NCBI GenBank assembly: GCA_003344405.1
Contig: NOWV01000155.1
Span: 62,001-126,000 of the forward strand
Reading direction: 5' to 3'
Length of the DNA: 64,000 nucleotides
Source: Trichoplax sp. H2
Taxonomy: Eukaryota
Below are positions 26,901 through 39,228 of the stretch, one piece after another. Within the stretch, counting starts at the first letter, position 1, and each line of letters opens with the position of its first letter. A program made the position numbers and the translations under genes. The notes below the pieces were generated by a model. The model worked only from the letters and a program-made list of their open reading frames with translations. It was not told the origin of the DNA and made no database searches.

Positions 26901-29839
26901 TTTTTAATTTATTCATATTTAGCTACTTGTTCAGTTTCGGCAAAATTGGCGCAATTTCCGTAATCGTCAATCCCTCTGACATTGAAGCGAGTGCCATAGC
27001 GATCACAGCTTATTCGTGATAAAATACAAATTCGAGCTTGTTTACCATGGCAAAACAAGGTTCTAATCTCTATCGATCCACAAATTACTTGGATTAGCCA
27101 ATTTTCACAGTCAATACCATACTGATAAAATGGTGACTGCATGCCACGATTCCTAGTAAATTAAGAACCATTTTTGTTGAATTAGGATGCAACAATAATT
27201 TATGGTAAGATAAGATAGAAGCAAGGACGATCGTCTATTCTTATTGGTGGGATAATGGAAACAACACGTTGCATAAAGGCCAAGGGTATTACATGGTAAA
27301 AAGTATATAATTACGGCTACATACCAGTAAAATCGATCATCAGATTTGAGCTGACGAGCTTGTCGTTGCAAGTTGAGTGATAGGTCATAACAATTTGTTT
27401 CTTTACTATAGGAAAAAAAGAATGCGCCAGAACCCAAGATTTTTCTGATTTCGTTTATGCGTTCAGCGTCAACATCAGGTAAATGATTTCTTGCTGTTTG
27501 GACTACTTCGACACCAGTAATGCGATAGATTTCACTTTCGAATATTTTTCCCACTAGAAAATGACTTTTCACAAGTATAAGGTATTGCACACCTTCAGCT
27601 AAAGGAAAGATATATTATGCAATAAAAATGGAATTATTTCTTGATTTCATTGTTTTGCACCAGATCATAGATCAAATTGAAAAAATAGAAATGATGTTGT
27701 TTTATAATAGTAGTCACTGAGTAGTTAGTACACGTTTTACTAGTTCTATTATTTAACCATTCATGTTATAATCCTACCCATTCCGTGTACAATTATAATT
27801 ATTGTTCATAAATGAACATCAACTGCAAAAGGAGAATTAACTACGCTATTTTTATGTCAAGACTGAAAGGAGTTGCAATGAAGGATGAATGCTTGAATTA
27901 GGCATCATGTGCGTAGCATTGGCTTGGTCCAACTCACTATCCTATGGCCCAAATGATCGTACAGTTCTCGAGTCATGTTTTAAATTGCAATACTTCATCC
28001 TTCCATGATGTGATATCTTGATTGAATATCATACGGTAGTACGATTGCATTATCATAATTTAAATTGATTATTATCTAATCCTTGTATGTCGTATCTTGA
28101 TATTGGTACGTCTAAACTGCTTATTTTCTCTCTCTATGCAATATCTTCATTTAATATCATACTAGAATTGGACTATTATTCAATTATTGATTTCCTCTCT
28201 TCATGCAATGTCTTCATTTAGTATTGAAGTTTAGCAAACTTGTCTTGTGATATTGTCAACGAGGCATTTTATCTATTCATGTCATATTTTATTCATTACT
28301 ATTGTACTGTCCTCAAGTCGTACAGTATTATGGCATTATTAATATCGTCTACATCTCTTCATGTAATATCTTAACTTAATATTACGCTGTCGTCAAGTTG
28401 TACTATAACATACTTAATGTTGTAATTCATCTCTTCCTATCCTGATGAACGATCGTCCAACCAGTATTATAGCATTGTCAATTGGTATTTCATCTCTTCA
28501 AGTAACATCTTACTTAATTTACTATTACACTGTTGTCAGATTGTATTCTAGATAGTATCGTTGATGTTGTATTTCATCCTTGGATGTCCTATCGTAATCT
28601 AATATACTGTCGTCAAGTTTGTATGATGGTATTGTCAATCGCTTATCATTGCATGTCTTATTTCGATTTCCTATTTTACGGTCAACGGCATTGTAGCTTT
28701 GTCAATGGGATATTTCATCTCTTCACTTCATATCATCATAAAGTTTGTATTCGACTGTAACACTTACAACTGTGTTATTTAATCTCTTCATATCCTATTT
28801 CTGGTTAATCTGCTACAGTAGTATAGTTGTAGTATGATATCCTTACATATTTTATCTCTATCTATAGCGATGGTGATCTGTTGCAGTTTGTCAAAGCATT
28901 TGATATCGTTATCAATTGGACTAGAAATGGTATCCATTTTAACTTACAGTGTAAACTCTTGATGATTCCAAGGCAACCGTAGACATCGCGTACCTTTTCA
29001 TAATGCCGTTTCAATCCATTGGTTTCTTCACAAGCTAATAAAGTGAAAGTAGAAAGAAGTTTATTACATGCATACTGACGAATCTTGACGCGTATGTTAA
29101 CATTTGATAGTATTGGTCATTGGAAATTGCCGAGTACGATACTTGTCTATCTAGAGTAGAGTAGAGTATTTCTTTTCTTGTAGTGGTTGTAAGTTCTGAT
29201 GATTGTACCGAAGTAATCCATCAGCAGAGTTGATTTGCGAAGCAAGGTAAACTACGATAGCTTTGTACTCTAATCAAAGTCTACGTCAATAAATACTCAT
29301 TGCATGGTAGCATTGGCGACATTGTATCAAGTCGATCTTGCTAAGTAATAGACTGGCAGTGGTAGAGCTATTGTTGGAATTTTCTTGCCTTGATTGTAAG
29401 TTCTGGACGACTGTACTGATTGAAGGCAATGTTCATTTGCCAAAGAAAAGATGGACTGACTACAGCTTGCTATTATGGTATGATGGCAGCAACAAGAGGG
29501 TATGAAAGTCAGCGCAGTAGTGCTAGTTTAGCTGTTGTTGCTTTTCTCTAGTATTGACTGGAAGTTATGGTTGATCATGTTGATTCAGGGCAGCATTAGT
29601 TTGCAAAAAAAGACTAGACTACAGCTTACTATGGCATCATAGTATCGACAAGACTATATGATAGGCCTATGACAATTGAGAGAGGAGCAATTAGCAAGGA
29701 CAACGATTGGAAACGACTTACAGCATTCCACGATAGCACCATCAGCAAATAATAGCGAACAACCAGTACTTTTGTTGATATAGAGAACAGAAAGTGGATG
29801 AATTCGTTGATAGACTGTAAAGTCTTGAGTGAACACCAT
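20904..29839 (-). CDS. SYNJ1: Synaptojanin (Sac1 domain, inositol 5-phosphatase, RRM-like segment, proline-rich tail), multi-exon
   Basis: N-terminus [15 protein letters not shown]; Sac1 motifs [43 protein letters not shown]; 5-phosphatase motifs [28 protein letters not shown]...PAWTDR, SDHRPV; Pro-rich last exon 20904-~22283. SYNJ1 versus SYNJ2 cannot be resolved. Confidence 0.95.
27995..28870. repeat. Highly degenerate ~65-75-bp tandem array in synaptojanin intron 2
   Basis: Recurring TTCATCTCTTCATG.AATATCTT...ACTGTCGTCAAGTT...GCATTGTCAAT motifs at ~63-75-bp spacing. Confidence 0.65.
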
Positions 29840-29876
29840 GTCTTCCAAGCGGATATACAACGTAGACTAGAATAAA

Positions 29877-30397
29877 TAGCGATCCAAGCCTGGAAAATGT
29901 TGAAAAATCAAAGAGACATGGAGGCAATCAAGGCAACTTTTGCTGGGCAATTAGACCAGGAGTCGGAGTTGTTGCTTGTACTGTCGGTCGCCTGTGAGCA
30001 CGGCTGACTTTAGACTTGGGGTATATTGGGGTGTATACGTACAGATGTACAGACGGTATGGTAGCAGGAGGGGGTGTTTACCAGTTTGCCAGCCAAGCAC
30101 CAGTTGCACTTGTCGTCCCCAAAGGAGACCTTTTAGCGATCCAAGCCTGGAAAATGTTGAAAAATCAAAGAGACATGGAGGCAATCAAGGCAACTTTTGC
30201 TGGGCAATTGGACCAGGAGTCGGAGTTGTTGCTTCTACAGTCGGTCGCCTGAGCACTGCTGACTTTAGACTTGGGCTTAGACCTGAATGGGGTGTATACG
30301 TACAGACGTACAGACGGCACGGTCGCAGGAGGGGGTGTTTACCAGCTTGCCAGCCAAGCACCAGTTGCACTTGTCGTCCCCAAAGGAGACCTTTTAG
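29877..30397. repeat. Two-copy ~257/261-bp GC-rich tandem duplication just upstream of the synaptojanin ATG
   Basis: TAGCGATCCAAGCCTGGAAAATG...CCCCAAAGGAGACCTTT at 29877-30133 and 30134-30394; near-identical apart from a few substitutions and small indels. Confidence 0.95.
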
Positions 30398-32608
30398 TCC
30401 ATAGTGGTCCATGGGGCATTTGAATAAAACATGGACGACGAAATGGCCTATGGATGAATTGATGACATGGACAATGAATTCATTAATTTTGAATCAAACA
30501 TTCTTGAATTAATTAATGCATGAATAAATGAATTAAGTTTAGCGATGATACGTCACTCTTCTAGTCTAAGTTCAACGACAATACATTACCCTTGTAGTCT
30601 GCACTTTTAATTGAATGTCCATTTTCAAGACTGCAAGTGTCAAGTATAAAGCCACCTATGCTGAGACAGTGTGTATAATGCCTCATCCGGGGCCTTGATC
30701 GGCTTCATTTATCCATTTTGTAGGCTTAATCCCGAGAAATAGGATTCTCAGATTTTGCACAGTAAGTTGCATAAATGATAACTTTAAAATTTTCCTTGCC
30801 ATATGGACATCAAAGTGGATCTTACTGTATCATGAACTGGACATAAGAGTACAATTCATTTTGGGGGGGGGGGCGATTAATATTCTTCTTCTTCTTCTTC
30901 AAACACGATCCACACGTATTTCATTGGGCCTTGACAGCGACGTCACAAAGTACGGTGCACTACAGTACAGTGTACTGTAGTAATGACCAGCCACAGGGGA
31001 TAGCCTACAGTACTGTCTGTAGTCTGTACTGCCAAAATTGGAACCAGTACACTGTAGGATGTTGGTCCTGTCGTCCGTAGTCTGAACAAGTTGCTGTTCA
31101 GTCCTCCTCATTGATGGATATTTATATAGAGCTCAGCGGCGTGGCTGGTCGAAGCTGTCTGGTCCGCATTACTGGAGTATCGTATTTTGTAGTGAGTCCG
31201 ACTTGTGCAAATTGGAGTCTATTCCCTTTTTGAATATGATCTGTTTTCTTCCAATAGGTTATTGCGATCCATTTTACATCAGTTGACGGTAACATTGCAT
31301 CGAATGTATAATATCGTTGCCCATTGATCTACAAATCATGTACACTAGGTACAGTATAGATTATACATTCATGATGATAATGATAATGCGAGAACCGAAA
31401 CAAGAACAGAATACAACTCGAACCTTACTAGGCTACAATCGATTACATACCCTGTATGTACATGTACATTATACAGTACAGTATACAGTATGTGTCTTTG
31501 CGTATCTCTGCGTAGCAGCATCTCTCTCGATCTAAAATAACTATCTCTCGTCTACTATAAGTAGAAAGACATAGTACTGCGACTTTGACAACGTTTATTT
31601 TGATTCATTAAATTAGTGCCAGTGATTTAGAAAACAGACACGGAAACCCCCTACTAAGTGACCCATTTTTCCATATTGATGGCCTGATTTGGGAAGAAAG
31701 TCCGTCTGTCTGAGAGAGAGTGTTATACTCAATGTACTGTACTGTAGTCTGTAGACTACAGACTGTAGTAGTCCATATTGCAATGACATCATCCGATCAG
31801 TAAGTTAATTTAGAAAAAAAATCAGTCCATTTAAAATCGATCGTCTCCATACTTGAGTAGTGTCATAACAAGGTGTTTGGCACACTATTTTGACGAGATG
31901 ATGCCAACAGTGTCTGCCCGTCCAGGAATGATCAGTCTACTGTACAGTAAGTCTTCTTCTACTAGTAGTCCCACCAGGGACTTGTCATACCAGGATAAGG
32001 CCGAAAAAAATGTCGAAAAATACTTACTCAGTTCTGGGTCTTCCTTGTCTATTTTCTGTTTTCTACACGCAAATCACTCGTATTCATTTGAATAACATGG
32101 ATGATCTAAAGCTAGTGCTTTCAAGCAGAGCTTAGCAACAGGCGATGGAATGCAATACAGTTAGTATTACTTGATTTCGAAAAAATCAGTCCATCCCGAA
32201 TCGATTGCCTCCATACAAAACTACTGGCAGAACCAAGTCTTGACCAAATCAGGCCAGATGTCTGTCCACCCAAAGGCGTGTCCAGTGTCCGCTGTCCAAG
32301 TACGCTTCCAGTAGTCCGTGCCAGTACGGGTCAGTCAGTACTAGAGTCAATCACAAAAGTGTCAAGCGCAATCTCCACCAAGGGAAACTCATCTTTCCCA
32401 ACCCCCACGTTCAAGATCGAAAGTTGTTGTTATTGTCCGGCTGCATTTTAGCTCATTTCTTGCAGCTTTTTAGCTGGCATTTTGAGCTACTTTATGCTAT
32501 CCAATCGAGTTAGAACACTATAAGAAGGTTCAATTTTGATAGTAAATACAACAGTTGTATCGAAATTACGACAAAAGAGCAAAAAACTGAACCAAGGTGT
32601 TGCCAACC

Positions 32609-35600
32609 ATGGTAAGGGACGTTCATCAAGCTAGCCATGGTGATCGCCATCAACCACCTGCAAGCCAAGAATGCTCGTCTTCACCCATAAATTCGCAATG
32701 CCATCCAAGTGTTGACAACATTGACACAACTTGTCAAAATGATCAACAGGGTAATCAATCCAAAAAGCAACTTGTAACCGGTGTACTCCATGATTTTCAT
32801 CCTTTCGATTATGTCCATCATGAGCATAGTTATGTAGCCAATCAACCGATCACCAACCTACAACACGACAAGCAAAATCAATCGCAAAATTTAACATTGC
32901 CAATGGATCAATTTGACAATGGTATCGTTGCGGAAGATATCCACTCTTTCCTACAGCAATATCAGGAATTTGAAAAATTAGCATCAGGTACATTTATTTT
33001 CCTTTCTGTATCCCTATTAAAAAACGAAAGAAAAAAATTGCTGCATACAAGTAATTGCCTTAATTCATGTCGCTCCATGACTGTACTTTGCTATCGTAGC
33101 GGTGCCCAATTGGGGGCCACTTTTTCTCCCCTAGCGCTTGCTAATGCTTCAATGGTAGAGCCATTCTGGAAGCACATTTGTTACAGTATCGACGTGAAAA
33201 CACACACAGCAAAACTAAGCGTAAAACGTGCCACTCGACCGATGTTGTGAACAGGTGATCTAAAAAAACGATCCTAACTACGGTACTCTTAGTATTGCAG
33301 TACCACGGTCCACTAGGTTTACCTTTCAACGATTGAATTACAGCTAAGATTTAGCAAGTTGTTATCATTTCGACGTTTTAGGTCGATTTTAATCTTGTCA
33401 CTACGTGGGGATCCACTATGGATGAGTTATAAGACGACTATCGTATCGTTTCTTCATGGCATACTACTTTTATAAAATACGTACTCTTGTCATGTATGTG
33501 CACATCTCCGGGTACTATTAATAAAGTAACAACTGCTTTCGTATAAAGCACAAGACGCTCTCATTTGAACATTTTAGACTGATTTAAACAGTATCGATAG
33601 GCATATGCTAGACTGTAAAAGGTCCATCACTTATCATACTGTTATTTTGGGCATAGCTTACTGCCTAACGCTACGATCATGGTGTGGACGAAAAGAGCAA
33701 TAATATCTTCTATCACTTTTAGTAGTTTCTGCTGAAAAGCAACGTTGTATTTCTCCCCTCCAGAATATCGACGATACTTTACTAGGTTATCATCAAAATA
33801 GACCTGAGTGATCAAAACGCTAATGGAGCCACCCTCGTCGACGCACTGCTCTTACTTATTTGGACATATTGGATCAATTTAATTGTGCCAGCAGTCTAGT
33901 AGTCTAGGACACCGGTGCATAGCTCTTTGATCTAGCTTGCCGTACACTGAATGAATCCCGTACTTCATCACGAGGTGCTCTTCGCTAAATACTGTCGTAA
34001 TCACTTTTGCATTAATATCATTTTTCAACTCTACCCTGATTAATAGCAAATTAATGACTGTATTGACTTATCTATCCAAATAGATCCTACGTGACGATAA
34101 CGGATAATTAATACTGTATATACAGCATATAATCGCTACATGTGGCATGCACCGATGATGACATTTCTGGAATATCATCGAAATGTCAAAATTGCGATTT
34201 AGACTATCATTGCTCTATCGATTCTGTTGTTCACTTTCTTTTACTTGGAGAACTTGCAATCGGTTATCATTGCCAATACGAGTAGAACTTACTGTAAAGC
34301 AATACTGAATCCGAATTAGATGAGAAATTGAAACGCAATATCTACTGTCGGTAAATGTTGTTGCCAATATTGGCTTGACTACAAGTTTTAATGTTGCCAG
34401 CTAGACATATACTTACAGTAAGATGGCAATTTCATAAAGTAGAAATAATCAATCCCTAATTATTAAAGTTACCCCGCAACGATGCACCTCTTTTAAGCCT
34501 CAAATCTACGATGGAGACAGATATAGTAAATTTAGTGATAAAAATTCATTTTATTCATGAACGACACGGTAGATAGCTTGCAAGAACAAACTGTGAATGA
34601 TAGGCTTGAAAGTCTGCCATAAGCGTACATCTTTTCGTCGTAACTTTTGTCCTACTGACGTTATTCCAGTATCTTATGCCAGCGTATTATGTACAAATAC
34701 TGATGAATGCGTATAGGTCACTAGAATACATTATTTGTTTCTATGTTATTCATATTCGAGAATAAATTGAGTACAGTTGGCAATGTACAACTGTTTTAAG
34801 CATTTCCAGTCAAATGCAGATCGAAATGGCAAAGGATGTGCTGATGGAATTATCATCCACCTGTCTAATGATAAATTAACTTCTTTGGATAGTTCAAAAT
34901 TATTTCAATCTTGCATAATGACTAATGTTCTGCAGTACTGACATTTCCAAGCGATAGCTAAATACTTTGTAATTCTGTAAATTAAAATATTATTTACAGT
35001 TACAGTAATTCCATTACAAATGCTGTCATTAAGGGTACCATCAGCACCTTGTATATGTGGACGTACACTTTCTCAGTTACCCCTCTACAGAATGAAATCA
35101 TAATTGCTTCAAAAATAAAGGAGAAACTGTCTTCTTGTAAGTTACCTTACGACACGGAAACTCTTGTCATTCCATCACTAGCTGTTATTAAATTTCAATT
35201 AAAAACAGCACTTACATACTAATCAGTAATACTTTTCGCTACTCTCCAGCAATAGTACTCATCCATTGAAGGAAAAGCAATTGTCAAGTATCCTTCGAGT
35301 TTACTAGCAATTCGGTGTTATCATACTATGTTTTTCATTTTTGCACTTATAAATCACTTTCACCTTGAGAAAAGGCAATCGGACGGTAATTTTCCAAGTA
35401 CCTCTGTTATAAATATTCACTTACCCGTAAACTATAAGCTATGAACGGTATAAAATCATAAAAAGGACTGGATGTACATAGCTCCAAGTTGTTTGATTCT
35501 ATTACTTACTCTATGGTGATACGTTTATTGCGTTAATCAAGATTGGCATTTTTAATGCTCTAAGAACGTATATTTTATTTTCATTTAGTACCAAGTTCAC

Positions 35601-37299
35601 CCACTTCAAAGTCAGCTGAATCATTACATGCTTCTCTGGACGGATTTTTTCAAGCCACGGAAACATCAAAGCCAAATGGTAAAAAATTAATAACGCTACT
35701 AGGACTATAAATACCTTACGCATAACGTGTATAGCTTAGCAAATCTTCAGCTTTAAATGTTACCGCATATTGAAGCATAGCTATATATAATTAACGATCC
35801 GGCTGATTATGGATGGATGTCTGTCATTGTTTCGTTACAAGAAACATGCTACAGTAGCAAACAGATAATTCTTACGTTCACTAAACTATTATAACAGCGC
35901 ATCGAATCCTATCTCACCTAGATCCATCTACTAAAGAAAATAAGCTCAGCGAAAGCAACAGCCTAGAAAAAGAAAGACCAGAAGCTAAAGCCAAGAATAC
36001 AATGTATGCTGTAGACAAGTAGCATAACTGTCAAATACATATTAAGAAAGAGCATAAAATTAGATTCAATAAACCATAGTAGTTTATCAATATGATTGTA
36101 ACATTGCAGAAAATAAATTGCCCTTAGATTAATAAAAAACGTTTGATGTGCACTACTATTTGTACTCATCTGTAAAGAATGAGAACTAAACGTTGATTTT
36201 TCTGAGTGGTTTATGTAATCCTTAATTCAATTACTGAACGTCATAAGTATACGAATATCGTCTATATTTTATCAAAACAGGGAAGAAAACACAGTAGCTG
36301 CAAGAACAGATAAATGTCCAAGTCGATCTTTTGGTGGCTCTTCACCGTTTTCGACTTTATCTTGTATGTATGCTTTTAATTAGCACATCGTTATTGATTA
36401 CTCACCACTTCAATTTACTGTAAGTGATAAACATGTACGTAGAATCAGTCTTTTGGAACTCGTCACTTCGATAATAAAGTAAACATTTTAGTAGTAAATA
36501 GTTGTTGGATAAGTGTATATATACGCCTGTACCCTGTTAGTTGGACAGAAATAAATTACTTTTCATATGATAGTAAGTATTACTAAAATATAGACAAATC
36601 ACCTCTAGACGAGAAAAAGAGGAAAGCTTCGAATACTTCTTCTAGATCTGAATCCTTTGGTGATAGCGATAATTACGATAGCAGCCCTCATAGATCTCCC
36701 AAGGTATGTTATTGAACGTCTGGACTTTTTTTGGTACGCTTGTGTTTTTCGTTTATAAGTAATTCCCGCGATCTATTACAGAGACCTAAAAGTGACACTA
36801 GTCGTAACATTGTTTATGTCGGCAATTTACCCATGGATACTACGGAAGATAGCCTAAAAATCCTGTTTAATCGTTTTGGGAAAATTGACTCCATCAAAAT
36901 TAGGCGATCCGACAACAAGCAAATTTTTGCCTTTATAACTTATGATTCTACAGAAAGTGCTTTAAGTGCAATTCAAGGTTTTATTACTTTAGGAAATTGT
37001 TTGGCTATACTGTATTTACTTCAAAGTCAAGCTGTTCACTAAATTTCTAAATATCTTGTTCACATGACGCAGGTGGTAAGGAAAAGGGACTTTCACAATT
37101 TGATATTTGTTTTGGTGGACGGAGACAGTTCTGCAAAGGACGATATGTAGACTTTGATTCTCAAGTGGCTAGCAGTGGAAATGTGCGACAATCAAGGAAG
37201 CGCTCTAGCTGTGATTTCGACTCCTTACTTAAGAGAACTCAAGCCGATCAAAAAAAACGAATTCATGTTGATCATCGTAGAAAGTCACATTACGTATAA
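32609..37299 (+). CDS. PPRC1: PGC-1 family coactivator (PPRC1/PPARGC1/spargel-like), ~358 aa. Exons 32609-32987, 35922-36003, 36281-36363, 36594-36703, 36782-36977, 37073-37299
   Basis: C-terminal RRM RNIVYVGNL...FNRFGKI...FAFITY followed by the family signature FDICFGGRRQFCKGRYVDFDS...DFDSLLK. Exon 1 has EHSY ([DE]HxY HCF-binding type). Exon phases chain in frame (1,2,1,0,1). The 3' exons are more secure than the 5' ones. Confidence 0.85.
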
Positions 37300-39228
37300 G
37301 TTTGTATCGTTTTTTATACCCTAATCTCTTAAGAGTATATTCAAACTACAACGGAAGATCGCCAAGTTTATTGATACCGAATTGCCCTAGGTAATTTCTA
37401 GCGGGCATTTTCACCATCGTTAAATATGATTTTACGGATTGTATTTGTATTAGACGGTGAGACTTAATTTTATCAGTAATACATTTTATAAGATAAAATT
37501 TTTAGCGACTGCAATGATCTTTTCGAGATATATATTAACTTGTTATGGAAAAGCAACCTTCCATACTTGCATCTGTACTTTCCGGATACGGAATATCCCT
37601 CCATAATTATTGTACCTATTGTAACTTCATCATCTTGTGAGCCACCTTAATACAGATGAAACATGGGTACTTAATGCTGTTTGATAAATACACACATCGG
37701 CTAAATACTACTTTATACACATACAAATTATCTCACAAAATACAGTATAGTACTTTACTGTGTACACTAACGTAGGCTACGTATATCTCTAAAAGAGTTA
37801 ACAAGATTATTGCTATACTAAGTAGAATGCTGTATTTAAGATTTATAATTCAGTAATTATTATCGTAATACATGATGCTGTTCCTTTAGCACATACTATT
37901 ATGTTATTTTTACGAATTTTCAGTGTAAAGACTAGGGATAATAATCACTGGTGTATACGACGGTTATAGTTATAAACTGCCATCTAAAATTATGATTGTT
38001 TCTCGCTACAAATAAAATTAAAATACTCGGTTACTTTAGCTTTTGTAACTGATGCTTTAGCAATGATAAAATAAAACGCGATATAAACCTGACGATTGGT
38101 TAAACTTTTAATTTTGTTGTAAGCGATTGATTTCCACCTATGCGTATTTAAAAGAAATAAATAAATATCCTTTTCTAATTAATAATTACGGACAATAAAG
38201 CTCATTTCGTATCAAATTCAGATATTAGATATCATGTTTGTTACATTGCTGCGTTAGCATTTTGCTTATGTATGTAGTTATTAAAATTTAGTGTATTTTT
38301 TGTGAAGTGATCAATAGCAGGGAAGATAACTTTCGATAAATAAGTAATTATAATTACTAAGCCATGTATATCAAATATTAAGTATCGTTCCTGTAATGAA
38401 TTTAGTAGCCAAAAATCGTCATGTAGTTACATTAGAACTTAAGCCTTACTCCATTGTACCTACATGATCTTGAAACAATGTAGTGTTCTGCACAGGAATT
38501 GTATATTAAATAAAAAAGTTACAGTACGATTCCATAAAAAAATAGAATCCTTTATACACTGAAATATCTTACTGTAGTATTACTCTATTTACAATAACAG
38601 CGCTCTACCCAATATATTTCATTTTCAGTTTCTGTTGACGTTCGCTGGAATTTCATCAAGAGTAGTACAACTTTCATTCATTCGAAAATCAATTTGGCCA
38701 ATCTTTGATAGAATAACTCCTCAAGATTAATATGATTACATAAATTGTTTATTTAATTAAACTCGTAATTAACTAATTAGACAGTGACAACAATATCGGT
38801 ATAAGATCAAACAATCTATATTTATATATACTGCTGTACACGTGTACATACACAAGATTAATTCTATACCTTTTATTTTATCCATTACCGACTGGACTGG
38901 ACGATAAATAGCTTAAAATTGTTTTACTGTACTTGTAAAGAAAAATTCCTATACCACAAACATTTGTGTCTAGCTGATTTGATGTAATCTCAGTACAAGT
39001 AGCTATTTAAAAAGGCAGCATACTGATATAAGTATAATACGCTCTAGAAGACATTTCTTTTCAATTTTTGCCTACTAAATATACAATTCGATTATTGGCA
39101 TAGTAATAGAGCTAAATTTGTCTATACACATTCTAGAACTTTGGCTTCATATCGAATAGATCTATTTCACAGTCTTAGGATAAAAATGATATTTCATATT
39201 GATTGACTACAGCACTCAAGTAAAAACC

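Noticed and set aside
29951-30412. Overlapping ORFs on both strands
   Set aside because: Products of a GC-rich duplication; no recognisable protein motifs.
30863-30900. G11 run and (CTT)n
   Set aside because: Simple low-complexity sequence with no further support.
31813-32217. ~40-bp imperfect direct repeats (AAAAAATCAGTCCAT...CTCCATAC) about 365 bp apart, read as LTRs
   Set aside because: Too short and diverged; no TSD, TG..CA ends or internal coding sequence.
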